From the NCBI GenBank assembly GCA_964444755.1, contig CAYUIF010000006.1:30735-94734 (forward strand): a DNA stretch of 64,000 nt, written 5' to 3'. The notes beneath the pieces are model-generated. The model had not been told where the DNA came from. It made no database searches and saw only the letters and a program-made list of their open reading frames with translations. Both the position numbers and the translations under genes were made by a program. The stretch is from an uncultured Alphaproteobacteria bacterium (lineage in GTDB: Bacteria; Electryoneota; RPQS01). Positions 47,071 through 56,771 of this stretch are shown here, piece by piece (position 1 is the first letter of the stretch; every line of letters starts with the position of its first letter).

Positions 47071-48030
47071 TTATTCGCGAGTCATGCGCACACCATCCGT
47101 CGGATTGTCGATGAAAGACGGAATATGTCCCCGAATCAAAGCCAGCATTTCGGGATCGGAACGACCGCTCGCTTCCATCGAGATTTCGGTAGCACGGTAT
47201 GTTTTAAGCGTGTCCGCTCCACCGAAAACAAGATCCAGTCGTCCCAGCGTCCGGCCGTCTCGCATCGTCCGCAGAACGCGGGTTGGTCCAATGGTCCACG
47301 GTTCGGTGGCATTAGGCCGATAGGTCCGTCCACCAACGATTGCCGTAATCTCCGGCACTTGCTGGGCAATTAAGGAATCCATTTTATCGCCACAGGTGGA
47401 AAGCACGATGATCAAATGAGCCTTTCCCTTCAATGCAGCAACCTCACGGCGCGCGGCAGCCAGCGGATTCTCGACCGAAATCCCTTCGGGGAGCTTCAGG
47501 CTGTCATAGCGCATGACATCCTTTGTACCGCACAAGCCAATGAATCCCACCTTCGCTTCCTTGACATTGCGCACCACATACGGATCGGCAATCGAACTTC
47601 CTTTGTATCGAAGATTTGCCGAAACGAACGCGAAATCAGCATGCTTGCGCGCTTCGTTGAAAGTATCCATTCCAAACGCCAGTTCGCGTTCGGAAACATT
47701 GGCCACGGTCGCTTTTAAGTGATTATACACATCAACCGAGAGCAGTCCCTTGGTAGAATCCACCTCGGCAGTACCGGTCAAGAAATTGCCCGCATCGCAG
47801 TACACGACGGTCGGGTCTGTTTCTCGAATTTGAGCGATTTCGGCACTCCGCCTCGTGATTCCTCCTCCATTATGGCGGCAGCCACAGCCTTCCAGCTTAC
47901 CCCGGACATCATTCGAGTAGAGGATTGTAACCAGAGTTCCATCGGGGATTTCCTTCGAACCACAACCGACAGCACCGAACAGCAACCCGAAAGCCGCTGT
48001 AAACAAAGCCAATCTGGTCCAAACGTTCAT
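47071..48030 (-). CDS. lipoprotein, calcineurin-like metallophosphatase/5'-nucleotidase-like fold with degenerate metal-binding motifs
   Basis: Lipoprotein signal MNVWTRLALFTAAFGLLFGAVGC. The sequence aligns in order with the 5'-nucleotidase N-domain blocks. The usual ligands are replaced: D-x-H becomes ILYSNDVRG, GD becomes YCDAGNF, and GNHE becomes ANVSERE. A conspicuous EGCGCRH motif is present. Confidence 0.4.
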   Translation of the reverse strand: MNVWTRLALFTAAFGLLFGAVGCGSKEIPDGTLVTILYSNDVRGKLEGCGCRHNGGGITRRSAEIAQIRETDPTVVYCDAGNFLTGTAEVDSTKGLLSVDVYNHLKATVANVSERELAFGMDTFNEARKHADFAFVSANLRYKGSSIADPYVVRNVKEAKVGFIGLCGTKDVMRYDSLKLPEGISVENPLAAARREVAALKGKAHLIIVLSTCGDKMDSLIAQQVPEITAIVGGRTYRPNATEPWTIGPTRVLRTMRDGRTLGRLDLVFGGADTLKTYRATEISMEASGRSDPEMLALIRGHIPSFIDNPTDGVRMTRE

Positions 48031-48107
48031 GCGCAGAACCTCATTGTACGCCAGATTTCAGGATATTGACTAAACTATCTTACGCGTCAGTCTACCGACA
48101 GTTCCCC

Positions 48108-49430
48108 TCATGCATCCTTAATTACGGCAAAGCCGTCATTTACGATGCCCCGTGCCCGCCCCGTCAGCTCCCAACCCTTAAAGGGGGTATTCCGTGATTG
48201 GGACATGAATTTCGACGGATCAACCGTCCAGCTACCCACCGGATCAATAAGGGTCAGATTAGCCGGAACGCCGGAGGCAATGGTCGGAATTGGCAGCGAA
48301 AGAATTTCACGGGGTGCGTAAACCACCCGCTCCAACATACGGCTCAAGTTAATAACATCGGGAATCAGATGGGAAAAAGCAAGGCCAAGGGCAGTTTCCA
48401 ATCCAACTATTCCAAAGGGCGCCAGATCGAATTCCTGAGCCTTCATCTCCCAAGCGTGCGGAGCGTGGTCCGTGCAGTAGGCATCAAGCGTTCCGTCAGC
48501 CAATCCTTCACGACAGGCGGCCCGGTCCTGTTCACTGCGCAAGGGCGGGCTCATCTTGAAATCAGGGTCAAATGTCTGACAGTCAGCATCGGTCAGCAGC
48601 AAGTGATGGGGGCAAACTTCCGCCGAAACCGGCAATCCGCGCTCCTTCGCCCAGCGAATCCAATGAACCGCTTCACGAGTCGAAACATGGCAGATGTGAA
48701 CCGCCGTGCCGTTATATTCGGACAACAGGATGCAGCGCATGACGTCTATCGTCTCGCTGACGGACGGTATGCCGGGCAATCCCAAACGGGTTGACCATTC
48801 CCCTTCATTGACCACGCCGCCTTTGGAAAGATATACATCTTCGGCATGTTCGAAAATCCGCGCCCCCAGCATATGGGCATACTCCATCGCATGGCGCAGA
48901 ACCGACGTGTCCTTAATGGGGGAACCGTCATCGCTGAATCCGCGAACTCCGATATCCCACAACTCAGACATCTCCACCAGTTCCTTACCCTCTCTGCCGC
49001 GCGTGGCGGCGGCAATGACATGGACATCCACCGGCCAAACGGTGGCTTTCTCCATGACCCATTGAACACGACCGGCATCATCCAGCGGCGGTTCGGTATT
49101 GGGCATGCATGCTACACCGGTAAAACCGCCGTTCATCGCCGCCCGGCAGCCGCTATCGATAGTTTCGGCGACTTCGCGCCCCGGTTCACGCAAATGCACG
49201 TGTAAATCGAACCATCCAGGTGTGATGATATGACCGCGCAGGTCAATAACATCTGCCTCATCAGGAATGGCAGCCGGTGAAACGGTGAGGATGCCATCCT
49301 GAATCAGCAGGTTGGTCATTTGGTCTAAACCGCTGCGCGGATCCAGCACGCGAGCGCCTTCCAGCACCAGATTACGCGCCCGCACAGGGTGCTCGAAATT
49401 AGAATAAGATCGTTTCATAGGTGCGCTCAT
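48108..49430 (-). CDS. pyrC: dihydroorotase (amidohydrolase superfamily)
   Basis: Metal-binding DLHVHLREPG, further His/Asp ligands, and a length of about 440 aa fit dihydroorotase. It overlaps pyrB by 4 nt. Confidence 0.85.
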   Translation of the reverse strand: MSAPMKRSYSNFEHPVRARNLVLEGARVLDPRSGLDQMTNLLIQDGILTVSPAAIPDEADVIDLRGHIITPGWFDLHVHLREPGREVAETIDSGCRAAMNGGFTGVACMPNTEPPLDDAGRVQWVMEKATVWPVDVHVIAAATRGREGKELVEMSELWDIGVRGFSDDGSPIKDTSVLRHAMEYAHMLGARIFEHAEDVYLSKGGVVNEGEWSTRLGLPGIPSVSETIDVMRCILLSEYNGTAVHICHVSTREAVHWIRWAKERGLPVSAEVCPHHLLLTDADCQTFDPDFKMSPPLRSEQDRAACREGLADGTLDAYCTDHAPHAWEMKAQEFDLAPFGIVGLETALGLAFSHLIPDVINLSRMLERVVYAPREILSLPIPTIASGVPANLTLIDPVGSWTVDPSKFMSQSRNTPFKGWELTGRARGIVNDGFAVIKDA

Positions 49431-50374
49431 CCTTTGGTTTCAACGGCCTGAGGCTGCGCTCCGGCCAATAGATATAGAATTGCCATGCGCACAGCCACGC
49501 CATTGGTGACCTGCTGCAAAATAACCGAATGTTCGTCGTCAGCGACATCGGAGGTGATTTCCACGCCGCGATTCATCGGTCCCGGATGTAGAATCGTCAG
49601 GGGCGCGGAAGCTTGCGAAAGCCGTTTCCGCGTTAAGCCGAAATAGGTCTGATACTCACGCAAAGACGGAAATAATCCGCTGGTCTGGCGTTCCAGTTGG
49701 ATTCGCAGGATATTCAACGCATCGCAATTGCGAATGGTTTCATCCAGATTGTGCGTAATCTCTACTCCAAACCGCTCGACATGGCGGGGAATCAGTGTTG
49801 CTGGACCGCATAATGTCACCTGCGCGCCCATTGTCTTCAATCCGATAATATTCGACAGAGCCACCCGGCTGTGGGAAATGTCGCCCACCAAGCACACGCG
49901 CAGCCCTTTGAGCGTACCGAATTTCTCGCGCAGGGTCATCATATCCAGCAGTGCTTGGGTCGGATGCTCATGCGCGCCGTCACCGGCGTTAATGATGATG
50001 GAATCCAGATGACGCGATAGGAAATGCGGACTGCCGGGCGATTTGTGCCGCATGACGACCACGTCAATTTTCATTGCCTCGATATTCAACGCCGTATCGA
50101 GGAGTGTCTCACCTTTGGATAACGAGCTACCGGAAGCGGAGAAATTTAAAGTATCAGCCGAAAGCCGCTTTTCCGCCAACTCAAAGCTGATCCGCGTGCG
50201 CGTAGACGGTTCCATGAACAGGTTCACAACCGTTACGCCGCGCAGCGTCGGTACTTTCTTCACCGGACGCTCAAGGATTTCTTTCATGCGCTCGGCGGTA
50301 TCGAGGATAGTCGTGATATCCGGCTCGGAATAATCAGCCAAACCCAGCAAATGCTTATGGGGAAGCAGGCTCAT
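49427..50374 (-). CDS. pyrB: aspartate carbamoyltransferase catalytic subunit
   Basis: Carbamoyl-phosphate binding STRTR and HPTQAL motifs, and the aspartate-binding domain, over 315 aa. Confidence 0.9.
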   Translation of the reverse strand: MSLLPHKHLLGLADYSEPDITTILDTAERMKEILERPVKKVPTLRGVTVVNLFMEPSTRTRISFELAEKRLSADTLNFSASGSSLSKGETLLDTALNIEAMKIDVVVMRHKSPGSPHFLSRHLDSIIINAGDGAHEHPTQALLDMMTLREKFGTLKGLRVCLVGDISHSRVALSNIIGLKTMGAQVTLCGPATLIPRHVERFGVEITHNLDETIRNCDALNILRIQLERQTSGLFPSLREYQTYFGLTRKRLSQASAPLTILHPGPMNRGVEITSDVADDEHSVILQQVTNGVAVRMAILYLLAGAQPQAVETKG

Positions 50375-50928
50375 GATGACTGCACCTCCACTAATAAAAC
50401 GGCATCTTCCTCATCAATTTCGGTCATGCGAACCCGGACCTCTTCGTTCATGCTGGTCGGTACGTTCTTACCGACGAAATCCGGTTTAATCGGCAGCTCC
50501 CGGTGACCGCGATCCACCAACACCGCTAACTGTATACGGCGCGGACGACCAAAATCCATCAGCGCGTCCAACGCCGCCCGCACTGTGCGGCCCGTGTACA
50601 ACACATCATCCACCAGTACCACGTTCATGTCATACAGATCGAACGGGATTTGCGTGATCTGGACCTGCGGCTGTTTCAGTGCGGTTCGGTAATCGTCGCG
50701 ATACATCGTCGTATCCAGCACACCCACCGGCAGGGTACTGCCCTCAATCTCCTGCACTTTCGCCGCCAACCGCTGCGCCAAAAATACCCCGCGCGTCTGC
50801 ATACCGACGAAACCCAGCGCTTCGGTGCCGCGATTTCGTTCGATAATCTCATGTGCCAAGCGGGTGATGGTACGGTTGAAGCCTGCGGAGTCCACCAGAA
50901 CTGCTTTAACTTGGTAGTCCATGGTCAT
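50371..50928 (-). CDS. pyrR: bifunctional pyrimidine operon regulatory protein/uracil phosphoribosyltransferase PyrR
   Basis: PRTase motif VLVDDVLYTGRTVRAA. The 185-aa length and its position as first gene of the pyrR-pyrB-pyrC operon fit PyrR. Confidence 0.85.
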   Translation of the reverse strand: MTMDYQVKAVLVDSAGFNRTITRLAHEIIERNRGTEALGFVGMQTRGVFLAQRLAAKVQEIEGSTLPVGVLDTTMYRDDYRTALKQPQVQITQIPFDLYDMNVVLVDDVLYTGRTVRAALDALMDFGRPRRIQLAVLVDRGHRELPIKPDFVGKNVPTSMNEEVRVRMTEIDEEDAVLLVEVQSS

Positions 50929-50944
50929 CCTATGTGATTAATGA

Positions 50945-51060
50945 TGTTCAGAAAAGAGAAAATCCCGCCGTACCCGTACGGAGGGATAGATTTTATTCGC
51001 GATAGTTTCATGACCGACCCTTTCCGTTCTCACAGGGAACCGATTAAAGGGAAAAAGAAA
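50945..51060 (-). promoter_or_regulatory. putative PyrR-dependent transcription attenuator in the pyrR leader
   Basis: On the minus-strand RNA there is a GC hairpin CCGUAC-GG-GUACGG (plus strand 50968..50981), directly followed by a U-rich tract (plus strand GAAAAGAGAAAAUCCC, 50951..50966). This lies about 25 nt upstream of the pyrR start. Further upstream is UCCCUGUGAGAACGGAAAGG, loosely resembling the PyrR-binding loop consensus UCCNGAGAGG...AAGG. Confidence 0.4.
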
Positions 51061-51078
51061 TGGTACAAGAAGAAAAAT

Positions 51079-51378
51079 TTAGAACATGCCGAGGCGCATG
51101 CGAGCTTCATCCGACATCATATCCACCGACCACGGCGGATCCCAGACGATCTCCACATTGGCCTCATCAATCCCGTTCACTTCCAGAACCGCGCGCTTGG
51201 CGTACTCGGTAATTGTCTGTGACATGGGGCAACCCATGGTGGTCAGCGTCAGTTTGATGTCCGCGCGGTTTCCTTCGACTTTAACATCGTAGATCAAGCC
51301 CAGATCGGTAATCGGAAGACCCAATTCCGGATCATATACTTTCGCTAAAGCGGCATAGACGTCATCGGGAGTCGGCAT
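51079..51378 (-). CDS. DUF59/MIP18-family Fe-S cluster assembly protein (SufT-like)
   Basis: 99 aa. YDPELGLPITDLGLIYDV...MGCPMSQ has the conserved Cys of the DUF59 fold. Confidence 0.7.
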   Translation of the reverse strand: MPTPDDVYAALAKVYDPELGLPITDLGLIYDVKVEGNRADIKLTLTTMGCPMSQTITEYAKRAVLEVNGIDEANVEIVWDPPWSVDMMSDEARMRLGMF

Positions 51379-51402
51379 AACGAACCTTCGTAAGTAATCG
51401 AA

Positions 51403-52476
51403 TTAACGGGATACCGAAAGACCAACGGATTCGGAAATCTGCGCTGCCATTGAAGCAAACACTTCCTTCAAGTGCGGATCTTTGTCAATGGCCAGTCCGA
51501 GATCACCGCTATCGGATGCATCCACCAATGACGGGGTCAATGGCACGCGAGCCAGGAGCGGCACGCCCAATCGGTCCGCTTCACGGGCGGCGCCGCCATG
51601 ACCGAAGATGTAGGTTGTCTTGCCGCAATGCGGGCAGACGAATCCGGACATATTTTCAACGATACCGAGAATCGGCACTTCCATTTTCTCAAACATCGCC
51701 ACACCCTTGCGGGCGTCGGTCAGAGCCAAATCCTGCGGGGTGGATACGATAACGGCGCCATTCAAGTCGGCGCGCTGTGATAATGTCATTTGCGCATCGC
51801 CGGTACCGGGCGGCAGATCAACCACCAGAATATCCAGCTCGCCCCAACTGACATCGCGGAGGAATTGCTCCGTCGCTTGATGTACCATCGGCCCCCGCCA
51901 GATCATGGGAGTTTCCGGTTCCACCAGAAAGCCCATGGACATAACTTTCATTCCTTCCCAATCAAGGGGAATGATCTTATTGTCCATCACGCGCGGACGG
52001 TCATGAATGCCAAGAATTGTCGGAACGCTGGGACCGTAGATGTCAAAATCGACCAGCCCGACCTTCAATCCCATCTTTTGGAAACCAATCGCTAAACCGG
52101 CCGCAACGGTGCTCTTCCCCACTCCCCCTTTGCCGGAGGCAACCGCAATCTTCGCTTTAACACCGGGGAGGATCGGTTCTGTCGGTTCGGGCATCGCATG
52201 GGGATTCGCGCCGTGGGCTGGTGCCGCATCCGGTTGAACCCAGTTCATATCCACCTGAACCTCACGAACACCTTCAAGCGCACCAAGAGTTCGACTGATA
52301 TCTTCCTCGATGATACGCGGAATATTAGGATCACGAGTTGAGACCTTGACGGTAATGCGAACCAGACCATCTTCGGCTTCAACGTCCTTGATCAAACCAA
52401 AGGACACGATATCCCGCGAGAGATTTGGAAATTTTATTTTTTTAAGGACTTCAAGAATCTGTTCGGGGGTGGGCAT
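51403..52476 (-). CDS. apbC: Fe-S cluster carrier ATPase Mrp/ApbC/NBP35 family with N-terminal DUF59 domain
   Basis: The N-terminal DUF59 region (FGLIKDV) parallels the downstream standalone gene. Deviant Walker A KIAVASGKGGVGKST, then CPHCG, the cluster-ligating Cys motif. Confidence 0.9.
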   Translation of the reverse strand: MPTPEQILEVLKKIKFPNLSRDIVSFGLIKDVEAEDGLVRITVKVSTRDPNIPRIIEEDISRTLGALEGVREVQVDMNWVQPDAAPAHGANPHAMPEPTEPILPGVKAKIAVASGKGGVGKSTVAAGLAIGFQKMGLKVGLVDFDIYGPSVPTILGIHDRPRVMDNKIIPLDWEGMKVMSMGFLVEPETPMIWRGPMVHQATEQFLRDVSWGELDILVVDLPPGTGDAQMTLSQRADLNGAVIVSTPQDLALTDARKGVAMFEKMEVPILGIVENMSGFVCPHCGKTTYIFGHGGAAREADRLGVPLLARVPLTPSLVDASDSGDLGLAIDKDPHLKEVFASMAAQISESVGLSVSR

Positions 52477-52595
52477 GCCAATAAACCGGGATTTTGGTAA
52501 TTTGAAATCATGTCAATATAGGCATTCGCAGTGGGCAAGTCAAGCCGATCGGAAATCTCTAGGAATGGCGATATTTATGGATTAATTGTATATTA

Positions 52596-53069
52596 TTACT
52601 TGTGATAAGGGAGTCCTTTCCAGATGGTCAGTGCACGATAGATTTGTTCGGTAAGCATTAGGCGAGCCAGTTCATGAGGAAATGTCATGGCCGAAAGACT
52701 CAATTTCAAATGGGCATTGTCACACAACTCCTTATCGAGTCCCCATGCTCCACCAACCACAAACGAAATTCGTGAAACCGCTGAATTCATGCATTCTTCA
52801 ATCCATTTGGAGAATTCCTCGGTAGTGAGGCTTTTCCCGGTTGGGTCTAATACGACAATTCGGCTATCGGCGGACAAATGCTTGCGAATGGCCTCTGCCT
52901 CACGAATAATTGCGCCGCGACCTTTACCGTTGGTCTCTTCGCCGGTTCCCACCGGAACCTCGATCTGTTCAATAGGTAGAAAACGGCGAATCCGTTTTAG
53001 ATACTCTTCAACGCCAGCCAGAAAATACGGCTCGCGGAGTTTTCCAACGGCTACAATGCTTAGATTCAC
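52596..53069 (-). CDS. rlmH: 23S rRNA (pseudouridine1915-N3)-methyltransferase RlmH
   Basis: SPOUT fold. The N-terminus (V/M)NLSIVAVGKL matches the E. coli RlmH MKLQLVAVGTK, and the C-terminus ends LPYHK. The probable GTG start is at 53069. The ORF-track version extends to 53162 with an unconserved N-terminal extension. Confidence 0.8.
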   Translation of the reverse strand: MNLSIVAVGKLREPYFLAGVEEYLKRIRRFLPIEQIEVPVGTGEETNGKGRGAIIREAEAIRKHLSADSRIVVLDPTGKSLTTEEFSKWIEECMNSAVSRISFVVGGAWGLDKELCDNAHLKLSLSAMTFPHELARLMLTEQIYRALTIWKGLPYHK

Positions 53070-53112
53070 TTTTAATGTCCAGGTTCTTTTGGATAGCGCA
53101 ATATAGGAGTCA

Positions 53113-54429
53113 TTGGAGGAAAATGCAATTTCACCTACCGGTTTACTGCTTGCATTTTCCATAAGACTATTTTATCTTCTTATTTCTGTGATTCTTGCGC
53201 GCCACATGACAATAAAATCAATAATAACAATTATTTATGTTTTGGTGTTGGGGTCTCTGGTCGGCGCTCAGACGACCCAGCCAGTTCCGGAGCGAACGCT
53301 GGATTCCCTTCGTCAAGAGTTGTTACGCGTAGACCAAACCATCAAACAAAGCACAAGTCAGGAGCAAAACCTGCTTCAGGAGATGGATGCCGTGCGGAAG
53401 CGTCTGACGTTACTAGAGCAGATGGTGCGAGATCAGCAACAACAGGAAACGACCTTAAAGGACAGTATCCGTTCACTGGAGACAGTGATTGACACACAGG
53501 AGGATACACTGTCGGTCTTGGGAACAGAGATTCTTGCACTTGAAGATGAAGAGACTAAATTAGCGGGGGCGGTGGCGCGATCCATGCTGGCGAATCGTCG
53601 CTTATCGGATTGGGCGTTATTGGAATTCTTGATCGGCGCACATACCTGGCCGGAGTTGTTGGCGAGGAGATCGGTGGTGTCACGTTTGGAAATCACCGGA
53701 CGGCGTTCATTGGCGGCAATGCGGGTAACCGTGGATACGCTCAAGGTTCGGGAAGACGATATTTTCCTCCGCACGCAAACGCTCCGGGAACGACAAAACC
53801 GTCTCAATGCGAACCGCCAACAGGCATTGGCACTACGGCAGACGATTCAAAAAGACCTTGACGAACTGGCCGACAACCGGAAATGGCTGCAAAGCCAACT
53901 CAAGCGTGTTCGCAAGGATCGTCGATTGCTATCGGCACAGCGCGATGACTTGGAATCCGCGCAGCAAGAGATCGAGAACATCATAAACAAGGTTACACGC
54001 GGAGAACCGCTATCCGGAGTATCATTAAGCTTACTTAAAGGCGCACTGCCGTGGCCGGTAGACGGTAAAATCGTTCAGAAGTTCGGAATGGTCCGTAATC
54101 GCGATTTGGCAACGCTGACTGAGAATCCGGGGATCGAACTGGAAGCCGATCCCAATGCGGTTGTTACCGCAGTGGCGGAAGGCAAAGTATCCTCGGTTTC
54201 TTGGCTGCGCGGTTTCGGCAACGTGTGCATCATCGAACATCCCGGCTCGTATTATACGGTCTATGCCAAATTGGGACAGGTTCTCGTAACTGCCGGTCAG
54301 GACATTTCCATGTCAGGAATGATCGGTTATCCGGGATTTGACGCGGCCTCCGGCACGTACCGAATGCACTTCGAAATATGGTCGGGTAAAACAAAAAGAG
54401 ATCCGTTGCAGTGGCTAAAACAGCCGTAA
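53113..54429 (+). CDS. M23 family peptidase with N-terminal coiled-coil (EnvC-like murein hydrolase activator)
   Basis: A signal peptide is present if translation starts at the internal Met (MTIKSIITIIYVLVLGSLVGAQ). A long coiled-coil region follows. The C-terminal LytM/M23 domain (GIELEADPNAVVTAVAEGKV...GFGNVCIIEHPGSYYTVYAKLG...RMHFEIW) lacks a clear HxxxD/HxH motif, as in the EnvC type. Confidence 0.75.
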   Translation: MEENAISPTGLLLAFSIRLFYLLISVILARHMTIKSIITIIYVLVLGSLVGAQTTQPVPERTLDSLRQELLRVDQTIKQSTSQEQNLLQEMDAVRKRLTLLEQMVRDQQQQETTLKDSIRSLETVIDTQEDTLSVLGTEILALEDEETKLAGAVARSMLANRRLSDWALLEFLIGAHTWPELLARRSVVSRLEITGRRSLAAMRVTVDTLKVREDDIFLRTQTLRERQNRLNANRQQALALRQTIQKDLDELADNRKWLQSQLKRVRKDRRLLSAQRDDLESAQQEIENIINKVTRGEPLSGVSLSLLKGALPWPVDGKIVQKFGMVRNRDLATLTENPGIELEADPNAVVTAVAEGKVSSVSWLRGFGNVCIIEHPGSYYTVYAKLGQVLVTAGQDISMSGMIGYPGFDAASGTYRMHFEIWSGKTKRDPLQWLKQP

Positions 54430-55628
54430 AGAAAGATCAACAACGAAGTATAATCGGCCAGCAACGCATTCGCGATTCGTTGGCGGAAAGCGTACGCTCC
54501 GACCGCACGGCTCATGCCTATTTGCTGACGGGACCACGCGGTGTCGGCAAAGCTGCTATAGCATTAGAATTCGCCCGGCTGCTACTCTGCCAATCAAGCG
54601 GACCGAAGCCCTGCGAAGAGTGCGAACAATGCCGTCTATCACTCACGTTGCAGCATCCGGATCTGCATTTGGTTTTACCGACACCGCCCGGAAAGAAAGC
54701 ATCGGGCGATGAAGCGGAGGACGACGACAGCGGAGTTAATGCTGATCAACAAAATACTCTGATAGAAGAGTTGGCCCGCGATCCTTATGCGTCTCTCGTA
54801 GTTGAGAAACCCAAAGGACGGAAGGACAGCCGCGCTCTACGGATGCAGGATCGGATCATTAAAATCGGTCAGATCCGTTCGATGCTTCGTTTAGCGTCGC
54901 TGAAACCATTTCAGGCAAACAAAAAAGTGTTTGTGCTGCTTCATGCAGACGCCATGAACGTCAATGCCCAAAACGCATTTTTGAAGGCGCTGGAAGAACC
55001 ACCGGACGCCGCGTTTTTTTTGCTCACGACCGAAAATGAACAAGCTTTGCGTACTACCGTTCGCTCCCGCTGTCAGCGGGTGGCGATACCACCGTTGACA
55101 GCCGCCGAGATTGCTGAAGCCTTGATTGCCGATGGGATACCGGCGGAATCGGCAAAAACGGCGGCACATTTGGCTGGAGGCAGCTTCACCCATGCCCGCG
55201 AACTGGCCAGCGGCAATCTGGAAGCTCTACAGACTCGTACTATTGATTTTTTTCGAGCTGCCGCAATGTGCGACCCGCTGAAGCTGCCCGAGGCTACGGA
55301 AACATTTCTGGAAACGGAAGGTTTGCCGAGTGAGACTACGTTGGAACTTCTGGCTATGCTGCTGCGGGATGTGGCATTGTGCCGTAGCCAAGAACGAAAC
55401 AGCAGTATTTCGCTGACCTTTCAGTCTTTTCAAAAGAGTATTGAAGGAATTGTTGCCGCATTTCCCCAAGCTAACTTGGAGGAAGCGGCCAAGGCATTGG
55501 ATGAATCAGCCGGATACCTGGCACGCGGCTATACGGAAAATTACGTGCTGTATGGATTGGCGATTCGGCTTCGCCAACACTTAGGACCACGCGCCTCGAC
55601 GAAACGGAAAACCCCCGCTCATGCATGA
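54411..55628 (+). CDS. holB: DNA polymerase III subunit delta'
   Basis: AAA+ clamp-loader fold: AHAYLLTGPRGVGKAAIALEFARLLLC, then a zinc module CEECEQC. It lacks an intact arginine-finger SRC context in the expected form, as is typical of delta'. Confidence 0.8.
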   Translation: MAKTAVKKDQQRSIIGQQRIRDSLAESVRSDRTAHAYLLTGPRGVGKAAIALEFARLLLCQSSGPKPCEECEQCRLSLTLQHPDLHLVLPTPPGKKASGDEAEDDDSGVNADQQNTLIEELARDPYASLVVEKPKGRKDSRALRMQDRIIKIGQIRSMLRLASLKPFQANKKVFVLLHADAMNVNAQNAFLKALEEPPDAAFFLLTTENEQALRTTVRSRCQRVAIPPLTAAEIAEALIADGIPAESAKTAAHLAGGSFTHARELASGNLEALQTRTIDFFRAAAMCDPLKLPEATETFLETEGLPSETTLELLAMLLRDVALCRSQERNSSISLTFQSFQKSIEGIVAAFPQANLEEAAKALDESAGYLARGYTENYVLYGLAIRLRQHLGPRASTKRKTPAHA

Positions 55629-56757
55629 TATTCTCGAAATAGATTTTAAAGGGCGGCGCAAGGAATTCGCCCGCAATCCCCTGCAGTTTCCTTTCATCGT
55701 CGGCGATTTAGCCATCGTTGAAGTGGAACGCGGTCAAGATTTAGGCAAAATCAGTTATTTAGGTCAGCGAGCCGAGGTTACGGATGAACAAGCACCATCG
55801 CTGACCGTAATCCGTAAGGCCGGACCGGCCGACATCATAATCCTCGAACAAAACCGTCATCGCGAAAAGGACGCCCGTTCGCTGGCTAAGCAGAAGATCG
55901 CCCACCATAAACTGGACATGAAGCTGGTGGACATCGAGCTGCAGTGGGACGGACGGAAAATGACCTTTTACTTTACCGCTGACGGACGAGTAGACTTTCG
56001 CGAGTTGGTAAAAGATTTGGCTTCGTCATTTCGGACCCGCATTGATCTGCGGCAGATCGGCGCACGCGATGAAACAAAGCGAACCGGCGGCTACGGAGTC
56101 TGCGGTCAACCACTCTGCTGCGCGACTTTTCTGACCGAATTCAAGCCGATTACGACGCAGATGCCACGGGATCAGTTTTTACCGCTGAACCCGTCCAAAC
56201 TGTCCGGAGTATGCGGTCGTCTCAAATGCTGCTTGCGATATGAGTTGGATGTCTACCGCGAGTTTCAGCGGTCCTGTCCGAAGCTCGGTCATGCCGTTAA
56301 GGATGAAACGCGCGGCGACGGTGTTATTGAAAAGCTTGATTTGATTCGCGAGCAGATCCAAATCAAATACGGGAACGGCGATCTGGAAAAGATGTCAACC
56401 GAGGAGTTCCGTCAGAATACAAATTGGAAGCCGGAAATGCCGAAGAACGAATGCATCTGCATTTGTGGACGGAAACCGCCGAGCGCTCCTCCTCCCAAGA
56501 CCGAAGAATCGCGCGAAGAAGAGGAAATCCAACCGATTCGAAGCGAAGGCGCCGAGCGCGTCACATTGCTCCCCGGCGGCGGAATCGGCATAAAATCCAG
56601 CACGGGTGGCGAAGATGTTCAGGTTGGAACGGATTTGAGCGTCACCCCAAAAGGTGATCAACCGGCCAAGAAAAAGCGTAAACGGCGGCGCGGACACCGG
56701 AAGCCCCCAGGGAGCTCCGGCGGGAATCCCCCTCAATCTGAAACTCCGTCTGCCTAA
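55621..56757 (+). CDS. PSP1 domain protein (RicT/YaaT-like) with Cys-rich segment and basic low-complexity C-terminal tail
   Basis: PSP1 C-terminal domain block KMTFYFTADGRVDFRELVKDLASSFRTRIDLRQIGARDE...GVCGQPLCCATFL...CGRLKCCLRY. The tail ends KKKRKRRRGHRKPPGSSGGNPPQSETPSA. Confidence 0.8.
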   Translation: MHDILEIDFKGRRKEFARNPLQFPFIVGDLAIVEVERGQDLGKISYLGQRAEVTDEQAPSLTVIRKAGPADIIILEQNRHREKDARSLAKQKIAHHKLDMKLVDIELQWDGRKMTFYFTADGRVDFRELVKDLASSFRTRIDLRQIGARDETKRTGGYGVCGQPLCCATFLTEFKPITTQMPRDQFLPLNPSKLSGVCGRLKCCLRYELDVYREFQRSCPKLGHAVKDETRGDGVIEKLDLIREQIQIKYGNGDLEKMSTEEFRQNTNWKPEMPKNECICICGRKPPSAPPPKTEESREEEEIQPIRSEGAERVTLLPGGGIGIKSSTGGEDVQVGTDLSVTPKGDQPAKKKRKRRRGHRKPPGSSGGNPPQSETPSA

Positions 56758-56771
56758 CTATCACCAAGCTT

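Noticed and set aside
48031-48107. Possible TACAAT -10 element on the minus strand upstream of the phosphatase-like lipoprotein gene.
   Set aside because: The -35 match is poor (TAGTCA with 18-nt spacing). Too weak to list as a feature.
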